A stretch of DNA of 64,000 nt from an uncultured Gemmatimonadales bacterium (GCA_963695555.1 CAVOGR010000002.1:384001-448000), one strand, 5' to 3'. Counted from the stretch's first letter, positions 18,043-27,731 are shown. The notes: generated by a model from the sequence alone, not told the origin. Numbers and translations are program-made.

Positions 18043-19773
18043 CTACGGCTGGGGATCCGGCTCCGTCTCGGTGGTGCCGAAGATGCGCTCGTATTCGAGT
18101 GGGTGTTCCTCTCGCAGCCGCTCGAGGCTGATCTTCCCGGTAAAGATGGACTTGTCGAGCGGGAAGACCTCCGGCCGAAGAATCACACCATACGAATGCC
18201 ACAAGACCACGACCAACACGGCGAAGGTGGCCTCCAGGCCATGCATCACCCGCGCGATGGCGAGCACGATGCCGGGCAAGAGCTGAGACGCACCATCGGG
18301 GAAAAGCAGCACGAACCCGGTGACGGTCATGAGCGTGCCGCCGAGGAAGAGCCCCCAATACTCGAACTTCTCGCGAAAATCGAACTTCCCGACCTTTGGG
18401 AGGGGCGCGTTTCGGAGATAATGTCGGAGGGTCTGCACCGCGTCCACGAAGTCCTTCTTCTCGGGGAACATGGCCGGCACATGCCCCTTGCGAAACGCCC
18501 CCACCACGGACCGCCCTACATGCAGCACCAGCAGTGTGACGAACAACACGCCGGCCGCGCGGTGAATCAGCCGGGTGGTTCCGATGCCTCCCCAGAGTTG
18601 GATGAACCAGTTTCCGAAGGACGACCCCGGGTAACTCTGCGGTAGCCCCGTGAGCACGAGGAGGGTGAAGGTCACCATCGACAACAGGTGCTCCAGCCGT
18701 TCGACGAGGCTGAACCTGGTCACCATGACCTTTGACGAGGCCTGGTGCATTTCGCGGCGAAGGAGCTTTACGAAGCCATGGCGGATATCGAAGATGACGT
18801 GCAGCAAGAGCCCGGTCAGAACCAGCGGAATGAACACGTAGTACATGACGCGCACGGCCCAGACCGCGACGTTATGTCGCGGTCCTACGGGCTCGTGGCC
18901 AAGCCACGCGCCTACGATGCGCTCATCGGCGCCCTTGTGGCAGTCGAGACAAATGGGCGCGAGCTGTCCGCGGTCCAGCCAGCCGACCTTGTGGGCGCCG
19001 TGGCAGTCGGAGCAGACCAGCACGTCGGGCTGGTTCTTGCCGGACGGATGCCGCCATTGGAACTGGAGCGTGGTGCCGTGAAAGTCGCGCGCATAGGTCT
19101 CGGCGGCGAGCCTCGGGAGGTCGTAGCGGCGGATCAGCAAGTCGCTCGTGTGACAGTCGACACACAGCGCCGTGACCGCGAGCCGGGCCTCGCCCGTGCC
19201 CTCAGCGGACGCGGGGTGCGGCGGATGGCAGGTCATACAGGTCGGCAGGTCGCTGTTCGGCGAGTCGAGGGCGATGGATGCCGCGTGCCCTCCTGCCTCG
19301 AAATCGGCAAGCTCCTGGGCGTGGCAGGATCCACACCGCCCGGCAAGCAGCCCGGGTGCCTGAGCCGGCGGCGGGTCGGTGTGGGCCGAATGACAATCCG
19401 TGCAGAGGGGCGCCCCCTCCGCGACGTCGCGATGGGAGAGGTGAACGTCCTCATGGCAGTCCGCGCAGATGGCTGAGCGCTTCCGGGCGGCGATGGCCGA
19501 GTCCTGCGGAAAATCCCGGTGCCGGTCCTCGTGGTGACAAGAGAGACACGGAATTGTCGGGCCGTGTCCCGAAAGGCGGAGTTGATCCACCTCATGGCAG
19601 TCGGCGCAGTACCGGTCCTCGGCCCGGGTATCCTGTCCGACGGCGTCGGGCGTGATGCACACCGCAAGAGCGAACAGGGCAAGGGCGACCACTCGCGTCG
19701 CCCCTGCCCATCCGGCCTTCACGCTGATCGGATGCTCTGGGTGGGCGAGGTTGCGCTCAACGCGTTGGGCCAT
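18043..19773 (-). CDS. Nine-heme cytochrome c fused to an FdnI/HydC-type cytochrome b (CbcL-like architecture)
   Basis: Signal peptide; 9 CXXCH motifs; then TM helices with 'RFSLVERLEH', 'LIHR..LH', 'GKFDFREKFEYW', 'MHGLEA..WH'. Confidence 0.85.
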   Translation of the reverse strand: MAQRVERNLAHPEHPISVKAGWAGATRVVALALFALAVCITPDAVGQDTRAEDRYCADCHEVDQLRLSGHGPTIPCLSCHHEDRHRDFPQDSAIAARKRSAICADCHEDVHLSHRDVAEGAPLCTDCHSAHTDPPPAQAPGLLAGRCGSCHAQELADFEAGGHAASIALDSPNSDLPTCMTCHPPHPASAEGTGEARLAVTALCVDCHTSDLLIRRYDLPRLAAETYARDFHGTTLQFQWRHPSGKNQPDVLVCSDCHGAHKVGWLDRGQLAPICLDCHKGADERIVGAWLGHEPVGPRHNVAVWAVRVMYYVFIPLVLTGLLLHVIFDIRHGFVKLLRREMHQASSKVMVTRFSLVERLEHLLSMVTFTLLVLTGLPQSYPGSSFGNWFIQLWGGIGTTRLIHRAAGVLFVTLLVLHVGRSVVGAFRKGHVPAMFPEKKDFVDAVQTLRHYLRNAPLPKVGKFDFREKFEYWGLFLGGTLMTVTGFVLLFPDGASQLLPGIVLAIARVMHGLEATFAVLVVVLWHSYGVILRPEVFPLDKSIFTGKISLERLREEHPLEYERIFGTTETEPDPQP

Positions 19774-19797
19774 CACCCACCCCTATCGGCTCCCCCG

Positions 19798-20415
19798 TCA
19801 CGGTCTCGCCGGCCAGAGAACGCCCTTGACCTGCCGGGTCACCACCCACGCCAACGCCCCGAGCCCGAGAACCGGCAGGAACACGACGAATGCGAGGCCC
19901 AGGATCGGTGCCGCGACCAGAAGCCCGATGGTCTGGGCCGGGGTCCGTTCCTGTGAGGCTGCGTCGGTCCGCGCCGTGGGCCGGACGGCCGGAAGCGTCC
20001 GCGTGCGACGCTTGACGTCCAGGACCGGGAGGACCGGATGGAGTCGGCCGGGGTCCAGCGCGACGTCGATCGCATGCGCCAACACGTCGGGCGAAACGGG
20101 CTTCTCGAGGTAGTCGCTTGCCCCGAGCTCCCGGGCCCGCCGCTCCACCTGCGCGTCGCCATAGCCCGTGAACAGGATGAAACGAGTCGTGGGCTGGCGA
20201 TCGTGCAGCCACTTCAAGAGTTCCAGCCCGTCGGTCCCCGGCATCCGAAGGTCGGAGACCACGACGTCGACTGGCTGACGAGAGAGTTCCGCGATGGCGC
20301 TAGCCCCGTCGGGAGCGGTCGTCACCGTGAGACCGCGGTCCTGAAGGAATCGCTGCCAACTCACGCGGACGCCTTCCTCATCATCAACGAACATTACTCG
20401 ATTCTTGCGCGTCAT
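19798..20415 (-). CDS. Response regulator receiver with a C-terminal hydrophobic segment
   Basis: 'VDDE', 'SDLRMPGTDG', 'TGY', 'EKP'; C-terminal 'LLVAAPILGLAFVVFLPVLGLGALAW'. Confidence 0.8.
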   Translation of the reverse strand: MTRKNRVMFVDDEEGVRVSWQRFLQDRGLTVTTAPDGASAIAELSRQPVDVVVSDLRMPGTDGLELLKWLHDRQPTTRFILFTGYGDAQVERRARELGASDYLEKPVSPDVLAHAIDVALDPGRLHPVLPVLDVKRRTRTLPAVRPTARTDAASQERTPAQTIGLLVAAPILGLAFVVFLPVLGLGALAWVVTRQVKGVLWPARP

Positions 20416-20449
20416 GGTTTACCACCTTCCGTTAGGCGGCGGCTCCGGG

Positions 20450-20845
20450 TCACGAGACCATCAAACACCGGCTCCGCCGTTCGTGCATCCGACCCACAAC
20501 GGAGGCCAGGGTGTCGAGGTCCTGTCCCTTCGGCTCCGTCCACATTAGATCCACTCCGCAGGCAGTCAAGTATTCGGCGACCAGGAGCGAAAGTGGCACT
20601 TCCGTGATCGCGACCATCTGCATGGCAGGGAATTCGAGAGCCATTCGGCCGATCACCCCGAGCAAGCTGCCCTTCGGTGGTTTCCGGAGGTGGAAGATGA
20701 GGACCGGGATCGACCCCAAGGGTTGTTCGCGAACCAAGTCTTCCAACCGGTGGTAACACCTGACCGGGCAACTGCGCCGGGCGAGTCCAGTGGCGATCGA
20801 GGCCCCGGCCTCGGAATCGGAGAGCATCACCGCTTGGGCTTTCAT
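20450..20845 (-). CDS. Degenerate receiver-like protein (131 aa)
   Basis: Alternating beta/alpha pattern like REC, with His at the phospho-Asp position ('VLIFH'); GAGG upstream of the ATG. Confidence 0.5.
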   Translation of the reverse strand: MKAQAVMLSDSEAGASIATGLARRSCPVRCYHRLEDLVREQPLGSIPVLIFHLRKPPKGSLLGVIGRMALEFPAMQMVAITEVPLSLLVAEYLTACGVDLMWTEPKGQDLDTLASVVGRMHERRSRCLMVS

Positions 20846-20917
20846 CGTATCGCCTCGGCATCCTCCAGTACTCCCTGACATTCGAGCCCTCCGATTCGTC
20901 CCTGCGCCAACCCTTAA

Positions 20918-20934
20918 CTCAAGCTCTATGCCAG
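20918..20934 (-). promoter_or_regulatory. Putative sigma-54 promoter with a variant -12 element
   Basis: CTGGCATAGAGCTTGAG: GG-N10-GA; adjacent to a sigma-54 activator gene. Confidence 0.45.
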
Positions 20935-21170
20935 CCTGGGCTGAACCGACTAAAGCTTTTGATAACAGCAAGATAGGGATCGTGAGCCAAGGTCGCAGAG
21001 CGCCGGATCGGGCGCGAGTGTCGTCGGTTGGTATACAAACCGACGTGGTGGTGTGACGGAACGTCCGCGCGGCGTGGCGGCACAACCTCAAGCCGGCCAG
21101 GGATTTATGGGAAAACGGCGGTCAAGGATGCCTGCCAGACCAGGTGTATACCGATCTGATACGGGTCGGA

Positions 21171-22648
21171 TCAGGCCGAAGAGAGGGGTGCGTGCCCGTT
21201 GTCGTCCTCGTCGTCCGAGCCGGCCCGGGCACGCATCGGCGGGGTGATGCCGTGCTTTCGCATCAGTGCGTGGAGGTTCGGCCGCTGCATGCCGACGGTG
21301 CGGGCCGCCTGCGACACGTTCCACTGGGCGGCCTTCAGGGCCTTGAGGACGAACAGCTTTTCGAGCCGCTCGACGGCTTCGGCCCGGAGCTCCCGCTTCT
21401 TGGCGGCGAGACCCTTGGCGTCGGTGGGAACCTCGTCCCATTCGGCGGTTGGGTGTTCCCCGACCACGGTGGGCAGGTCCTCGAGATCGATCAGGCGGGA
21501 GTCGGCCAAGAGGAACGCGCGTTCCAGCACGTTCTCGAGTTCCCGTACGTTGCCGGGCCAGTCATGGAGTTCGAGCGCCGACATCGCCCGCGGTGTGATT
21601 CCGTCGATCTCCTTCTCGAACTCTTCGGCGAACTGTTTGATGAAGTGGTGGGTGAGTAGTGGATCTCTTCCGTTCGCTCGCGAAGCGGAGGAAGAGGAAT
21701 GGTGAAGACACTCAGGCGATAGAACAGATCTTCCCGGAAGGAGCCTTCGTCCGCCATCTCCTTGAGATCGCGATTGGTCGCCGCGATCAACCGGACGTCG
21801 ACGGTGACGGTTTTGTCGGACCCAACCGGGCGAATTTCCCGTTCCTGGATCAACCGAAGGAGGCTGCCTTGGATTTGCGCCGAAATGGTGCTGATCTCGT
21901 CCAAGAAGAGGGTCCCGCCCCGCGCCGCCTCGACGAGGCCCTTGCGATCTTTCACGGCCCCGGTAAAGGCGCCGCGCACGTGGCCGAAGAGCTCAGATTC
22001 GAGCAAGGACTCGGCGAGCGCCGCACAATCCGCGACCACGAAGGGGGCATCGCGGCGGGGGCTGTTGTAATGGATCGCGCGGGCGATCAATTCCTTCCCG
22101 GTCCCGGTTTCGCCGGAGACGAGGACCGTGCTGTTGGTCGGTGCAACCTTGGCGACGAGCTGCATGACCTTTCGCATGGCGGGTGACGAACAAATGACGT
22201 TGCCGATGCGGTATCGCGACTCGAGTTCGGACCGCAGCCGCCGGGTCAAGCCCAACAAGTGTTTCCGCTCCAGCGCCCGTGCCACCGACACGACCAACTG
22301 GTCCGGGCTCACCGGTTTTTGGAGGTAGTCGGTGGCGCCGAGCTTGACGGCCTCGACCGCGGTCTCGATCGTGGCGTAGCCGGTCACCATGATCACCTCG
22401 GTTTCCGGGGACATGGACCGTGCCTGACGCAGGAAGTCGATACCGTCCATTTCGGGCATCTTGATGTCGAGCAGCAGAAGATCGAATACCTCCTTTTGCA
22501 GGAGATCGAGTCCTGCACGCGGCGACGTGGCCGTGGCGACGCTGTAGCCCTCCTCGGTCAGCACGCGGCGGATGCTCTCGCAGACGACCTCCTCGTCGTC
22601 CACGGTGAGCACGCGCGGGGGCTCGGTCCAGATGTGGTCTTCGGTCAT
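21171..22648 (-). pseudogene. NtrC-family sigma-54 response regulator with a 1-nt frameshift near 21661 (real lesion or sequencing error)
   Basis: REC, 'GETGTGKE', 'GAFTGA', 'FREDLFYRL', 'PPLRER' in one frame; 'WPGNVRELEN' and Fis-type HTH in another; adding one C restores 'EEIPLLTHHF'. Confidence 0.85.
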
Positions 22649-24300
22649 GACGCCGCGATGCTTGCAGGTTGTACCGCCACGGGCAAGAGGACGGTAAACT
22701 CCGCCCCGGTCTTCCCGTCGCTGGTTGCGAGAATAGTACCACGGTGCCGGACGATGATTGCCTGGGAGACGGAGAGTCCGAGGCCGGACCCTTGCCCTAC
22801 CGGCTTCGTGGTGAAGAAGGGATCGAAAAGCTTCTTGAGGTCTTCTGGCGCGATTCCCGTGCCGGTGTCGCGCACCCGCACCCGAACCAACTCGTGTCCC
22901 GGGGCTGGGGGAAACTTGACCGTCGCATACGCGCTCCGGTTGACCACGTCCGCGGCAATGGTAATGCGTCCACCCTCGGGCATGGCTTGCACGGCGTTGA
23001 GGAGCAGATTCACCAAGACCTGGGTCAGTTGGACGGTGTTCGCCTCGACGTACGGGAGGTCGGCTTGGACGGAGAGGCCGGTCTCGATGCCACGACCTCG
23101 GATCTCGACCTTGAGAATTTCCAGCGCTCGGTCGATCAGCTTGGGAAGTGCACACAGCTCGATGACCGGTTCCTGCGATTGGTCCCGCGAGAAATCGAGC
23201 AGGGTCCGCACGATGGCCGCGCAGCGGTTTGCCTCGTGCAGGATCATCCGGATGTCGGCGTATTCCTGGGAATCGGGTGGCAGCCGCTTCTGGACCATGT
23301 GAGCGAAGGTCACGATCGCCATCAACGGGCTGTTGAGTTCGTGCGCGATTCCAGCGGCGACGAGACCGACCGAGGACAATTTCTCAGCCTGCACGACCTG
23401 AAACTGGGCCGTCCGCAACTCCTCCGCCTTTTGAGCCACCTTCGTCTCGAGCTCGTGCTGGGAGACGTTCAGGCTCTCGATCATTTCATTGAACGAGCGG
23501 GCAAGGAAGCCGATCTCGTCGGCCGCGCCGCGGGGGACTTGCAGCTTGTAGTCGCCTCCGGCGACCCGATGTGTGGCCGCGATGAGCCGCTTGACCGGCT
23601 GGCGAACATTGTGCCGAACCAGGAGGAACAGCGCGGTCGTGATGACAACAACGGCACCGAGCGAGACCAAGATGGCCTGTCGCGTCGAGGCATAGATCCG
23701 GGCCTGGGTGGGCTCGAGCGACATGGCGACGTCGAGCACGCCGAGGACGCTCTGGGACGTGGGCAACGCATGACAACCCGCCGGGTGGCACCCCTCCTCG
23801 TTCCGGATCACGGCAATGGTCGCCAGCATCTTTTCGCCCTCAGGTTCCGCATAAATGCGAGAGCGGTCTTTCAAATCGAGATTTCGGTAGGGTTCGGACT
23901 CCGTGTGGCACCTGATACAGGCCTCGGCCTGTTTGTCGACCACGCGGCCCACCTCCTCCGGCCGGGAGGAGTACGAGATCCGGCCCTCCTTGTTGAACAA
24001 CCGCACCCACCCGATGCCGGGGTTCTTGCCCACCGATTCGATGACTTCCGTCACCCCCTCGCGCTGGTTCCCAAGCATGTCGTGATTGATGCTGAGACGG
24101 ATCGTTTCCGCGATGCTCTCGGAGCTGTGGATGACCTCGGCGAGGACTTGCTTGCGCTGCGACTGGATGAGGATGAAGGACAGTGTCGCCACGCCGCCGA
24201 GCGTGAGAACACCGGCGAGCACCGCAATCCGGGAGCTGAGGGTCCGGGGTAGCACGCGGATGTAATCCGAGAGTGAGTGGGCAGCGCGCCGCAGGCCCAA
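22645..24300 (-). CDS. Sensor histidine kinase with HAMP and a periplasmic heme-c motif
   Basis: Two TM segments, periplasmic 'CIRCH' and 'CHPAGCH', HAMP, 'AHELNSP', 'NLLLNA', 'DTGTGI', 'FFTTK..GSGLGL'. Confidence 0.92.
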   Translation of the reverse strand: MGLRRAAHSLSDYIRVLPRTLSSRIAVLAGVLTLGGVATLSFILIQSQRKQVLAEVIHSSESIAETIRLSINHDMLGNQREGVTEVIESVGKNPGIGWVRLFNKEGRISYSSRPEEVGRVVDKQAEACIRCHTESEPYRNLDLKDRSRIYAEPEGEKMLATIAVIRNEEGCHPAGCHALPTSQSVLGVLDVAMSLEPTQARIYASTRQAILVSLGAVVVITTALFLLVRHNVRQPVKRLIAATHRVAGGDYKLQVPRGAADEIGFLARSFNEMIESLNVSQHELETKVAQKAEELRTAQFQVVQAEKLSSVGLVAAGIAHELNSPLMAIVTFAHMVQKRLPPDSQEYADIRMILHEANRCAAIVRTLLDFSRDQSQEPVIELCALPKLIDRALEILKVEIRGRGIETGLSVQADLPYVEANTVQLTQVLVNLLLNAVQAMPEGGRITIAADVVNRSAYATVKFPPAPGHELVRVRVRDTGTGIAPEDLKKLFDPFFTTKPVGQGSGLGLSVSQAIIVRHRGTILATSDGKTGAEFTVLLPVAVQPASIAAS

Positions 24301-24372
24301 GGGCTACGGCCTCGACTTCGTGCGGGGAAACCTATCCCGGAGCGAGCCGTTTTGGGAACCGAAGCTCCGGCC

Positions 24373-27300
24373 TCAGCCGGGGCGTCCCATCGCGGCGATC
24401 TGGGCCTCGATCTCGTCGACCAGCGGTTGGAGCGAGGGGTCCGGGGTTTTCCATTGGGCCAACGCCAGGCGGTATTGCTCCTCGGCTTCTGCCGTCCGGC
24501 CGAGCTCCTGGTAGGCCAGGCCGCGCATGACCCGAACCCGACCGATCATCCCCCACCGCGGATCGAACCGGTCGGTGTTGAACTGGGACGGCTCGAAGTT
24601 CCGTAGCAAGTCCAGCGTCGTCCCATACTCCCCCAACATGTAGCGCGCCTGCGCCGCCAGCGGCACTCGATAGTGCTCGGCGAGGTACATCTTCTCTTCT
24701 TTCGCCGTCGCCAGCGTCTCGCTGCCCCGCACCGGCTCGTTGAGCACCTCGCGGGCCCGGACGGTGTCCTTGCGGCTCAGGGCCAAGAGGGCGCGGACCT
24801 CCCGCGCCAGAGCGTGCTCGGTCAGCGCCTGGAATTCGACGAGCGCGGAGGAATCGGCGAACGTAGTGAGGAAGACGCCGAGAGCGGCGGAAGCACCCGA
24901 CATTGCCACCGCATGACGTACTTCCCCCGGGGCCAGGCGGGCCGTTTCCGCGACGGCGTCCCACACCCGCCGCTGCATCGCAACCGGGGCCTCGGTCGCC
25001 GCGTACAGATTGCCCAGCATATTTCGATTCCACCACTCGTCAAAGAACTCGGCGTTTGGCCCGCCCTCTTCGAAATCCAGGGCGCGGCGAACATCGTCCG
25101 CCAACTGAATCGCCTTCGCCGCAGTCGAGATGTCGCCCAGGTACGCGAAGACGTTTGAGCTGGCGGCCACCAGGTTCACCAGGTCGAAGTGCCGGTCCAG
25201 CACGCGGAAGTCGTCCGGGGCAATCGAGTCGAGCGCAGCACGCAACACCTCGGCGGCGCGGTCCGTATTTCCCGCCGCGAGATGCACTCGGGCTTCTCGG
25301 AAGGGAAGGTCTGGTCGCGCCCGCCCGGACTCGAGAGACTGGGCGATTTCGGTCAACGCCAGCGGGTACTCCCCGCTCAAGATGTAGGCATCGATCAAGG
25401 CGTTGTGGGCCCGATCGACGTCGGGCTGGCTTGCGACCCACGTGCGAGCCCGTTGAACGGCGTTGCCCCGGGCCCGCGCGATGGCCCGTGCGAGTTGGGT
25501 CGAGTCGAGCACCCTGCCTTGCGCGGCGTTGTGAGTCGGCGCCAAGGAGTCGCCCGGCATCAACGCGATCAGGCTGTTGGGACGGGCAGCATTGGCGAGC
25601 AACCACATAATGTGGTCGAACGCCAGTGCGTACCCCGGATCGAGCTCCAGCGACCGGGAAAAGGCCCTGAGAGACTTGGTCCAACCCGCCGGCCGGTCTT
25701 CGCCGGGTTGGTGGAACCAGGAATCGCCAAGTCCGTACCACGCATCGGCGTCCGCGGGATTCTGGGCCAGAAGTTCCTCATACAGTCGCCGGGCGCTTGC
25801 GTTGTCACCCTCGATGAACGCCCGGTAGGCTTGGATGACCTTGCGCTCGTGTGCCGGCAGATCGCTCGAATATCGGGTCGCGTGGACCATGGCCCGATTC
25901 GAAATCGAGTCATTGGTTCCGAGGCTCCAGCCACGGGCGAGCGCCAGCTTGTAATACGCCAGGCCAAAGGTGCTGTCGATCGTGACTGCCTGCGCCAGGT
26001 CGGCGATGGCTTCCGAGAGCTCCCACTTGTTGAGGTGGTGCACGCCATTCAAGTAGGCCCGGTACGCTGCCACGGATTCCGTCGTGGCCTTGGCCAAGTC
26101 GGCTTGGACGTCGGTCGGGGCGCCGCTCAGGTTCAAGAGCCGTGTCGCGAGTTGATCGAACGTGGAGCGAACGTCGTCGCCGATCGGCGCGGTCGACTGC
26201 ACCTGGTCTACTCGTGCGCCGGTGGCGACGTCGTAGACCCTGGCCGTGAGGCGTAGCGAGTCTTCGGCCTGCTCGAACTCCCCGGTGACAACGGTCCAGA
26301 CACCGGCGTCCCGCGCCAATCGGCGTGCCTCTTTCAGGCCGATGATCTGACCGGGCACGATCTCCTTGACGGCAAGGAGATCGTGAACCCGCTCCTGGTC
26401 CACCACGGACAAGTCATCCCACTGGGAGAGATTGAGCGCCAACATGCTCACGCTGCCGGAGTTGAGCCAGGCCAGATCCGGGTCGTCCCGAAGATTGTTG
26501 AACGGGAGCACCAAGATCGAGTGCCGTGGGTCGATACCCGCTGGCGGCCGCGGCTCACCCCTGCCAAGCAGCGCAACGGCCGTCGATACGGCAATCAGCG
26601 CCAGCGCCGCAACGGCGACTGCCCAGCGGCGGCCACGAGTGCGGGGCACCTTGGCCGCACCGAGAATGGCCTGACGCACCTCCTCGCCGGTCTGCCACCG
26701 GTCGTCCGGCTGTTTCTCCAGGAGTCGCATGATGATGCCGGCCAGCCTGGGCGGACAGTCGGGGCGGTGCCGCGAGACGGATTCCGGCTTGACGGACAAG
26801 TGGCGAGAGACCACCAAGCGATTGGGCCCCACGAACGGCGGGCTCCCGGTGATCATTTCGTAGCCGAGGATTCCCAAACCATACAAGTCGCTGCGGGAGT
26901 CGATGTCCTCTCCGGCGGCCTGCTCAGGGCTCATGTAGGTCGGCGTTCCGAGCACCATTCCTTCGCCGGTGATCTCGGTTGCTCCGTCTCCGGCGATGAA
27001 CCGTGCGATTCCAAAGTCCACCAGGAGTGCGCGGCCGCTCTCCTCCTCGATCAACACATTTTCGGGCTTGATGTCCCGATGCACCAAGCCGGCCTTCGCG
27101 GCAGCATCCAGGGCCGCCGCCAGGTCCAGGAGAATCCGTTCGGCCACGGCCGTCGGAAGCTGCTTGTCCCGGCCCAAGCGTTCCCGGAGGCTCTCCCCCT
27201 TCACGTAATCCATGACGTAATACACGAGGCCGTCGATTTGGCCGGCGGAATGCACGGACACGATGTTCGGGTGTCTGAGCCGCGCGATCATGCGAGCTTC

Positions 27301-27501
27301 CGCCAGGAAGCGCTGTGTCAATGTCGGATGGTTCGCGAGCTTCGGCTGAACCACCTTGATCGCCACCCGACGATCGAGCGTGGGGTCAGAGGCCAAGAAC
27401 ACCACCCCCATCCCACCCCGGCCGAGTTCTTCCTCGAGCACGTACTGGCCGCCGAGGACGGCCTGGATCTGCTCACGGAGAGCCGATGGAGAGGGCCTCA
27501 C
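24373..27501 (-). CDS. Hanks-type Ser/Thr kinase with TM segment, TolB-N/FlgO-like domain and TPRs
   Basis: 'LGRGGMGVV', 'VAIK', 'HRDIKPEN', 'DFG', 'GTPTYMSPE'; 'SILVLPFNNL'; helical repeats. Confidence 0.92.
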   Translation of the reverse strand: MRPSPSALREQIQAVLGGQYVLEEELGRGGMGVVFLASDPTLDRRVAIKVVQPKLANHPTLTQRFLAEARMIARLRHPNIVSVHSAGQIDGLVYYVMDYVKGESLRERLGRDKQLPTAVAERILLDLAAALDAAAKAGLVHRDIKPENVLIEEESGRALLVDFGIARFIAGDGATEITGEGMVLGTPTYMSPEQAAGEDIDSRSDLYGLGILGYEMITGSPPFVGPNRLVVSRHLSVKPESVSRHRPDCPPRLAGIIMRLLEKQPDDRWQTGEEVRQAILGAAKVPRTRGRRWAVAVAALALIAVSTAVALLGRGEPRPPAGIDPRHSILVLPFNNLRDDPDLAWLNSGSVSMLALNLSQWDDLSVVDQERVHDLLAVKEIVPGQIIGLKEARRLARDAGVWTVVTGEFEQAEDSLRLTARVYDVATGARVDQVQSTAPIGDDVRSTFDQLATRLLNLSGAPTDVQADLAKATTESVAAYRAYLNGVHHLNKWELSEAIADLAQAVTIDSTFGLAYYKLALARGWSLGTNDSISNRAMVHATRYSSDLPAHERKVIQAYRAFIEGDNASARRLYEELLAQNPADADAWYGLGDSWFHQPGEDRPAGWTKSLRAFSRSLELDPGYALAFDHIMWLLANAARPNSLIALMPGDSLAPTHNAAQGRVLDSTQLARAIARARGNAVQRARTWVASQPDVDRAHNALIDAYILSGEYPLALTEIAQSLESGRARPDLPFREARVHLAAGNTDRAAEVLRAALDSIAPDDFRVLDRHFDLVNLVAASSNVFAYLGDISTAAKAIQLADDVRRALDFEEGGPNAEFFDEWWNRNMLGNLYAATEAPVAMQRRVWDAVAETARLAPGEVRHAVAMSGASAALGVFLTTFADSSALVEFQALTEHALAREVRALLALSRKDTVRAREVLNEPVRGSETLATAKEEKMYLAEHYRVPLAAQARYMLGEYGTTLDLLRNFEPSQFNTDRFDPRWGMIGRVRVMRGLAYQELGRTAEAEEQYRLALAQWKTPDPSLQPLVDEIEAQIAAMGRPG

Positions 27502-27731
27502 GTCAAGCTCCGGGATTGCGGGTCATAGGAAACCAAACGTCGGACGCCGCCGGGGAGTTTCGACTCGAAACGGACTCCTCGGCGTTCGCCCGGCCACCGG
27601 CTTTCCAACCGTGCCACCAGTTGGACGCCTCAGATAGCCCGGTGGTTGCATTTCGATCCGCTCCCCGATGGGTGTCCCCGGCGCACGGTTGCTTCCTGCT
27701 TGAGGTTCCGGACCTACCCTTCTGACGCATC

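Noticed and set aside
17549..18358. ORFs 17549-18286, 17644-17940 and 17783-18358
   Set aside because: They overlap the RNase P RNA gene and are spurious translations
18000..24372. Cytochrome module as an integrated mobile element
   Set aside because: No integrase, transposase or flanking direct repeats recognised; composition looks similar to the flanks
27679..27693. Sigma-54-like GGCGCACGGTTGC upstream of the AraC gene
   Set aside because: GG-to-GC spacing is 9 nt rather than the required 10
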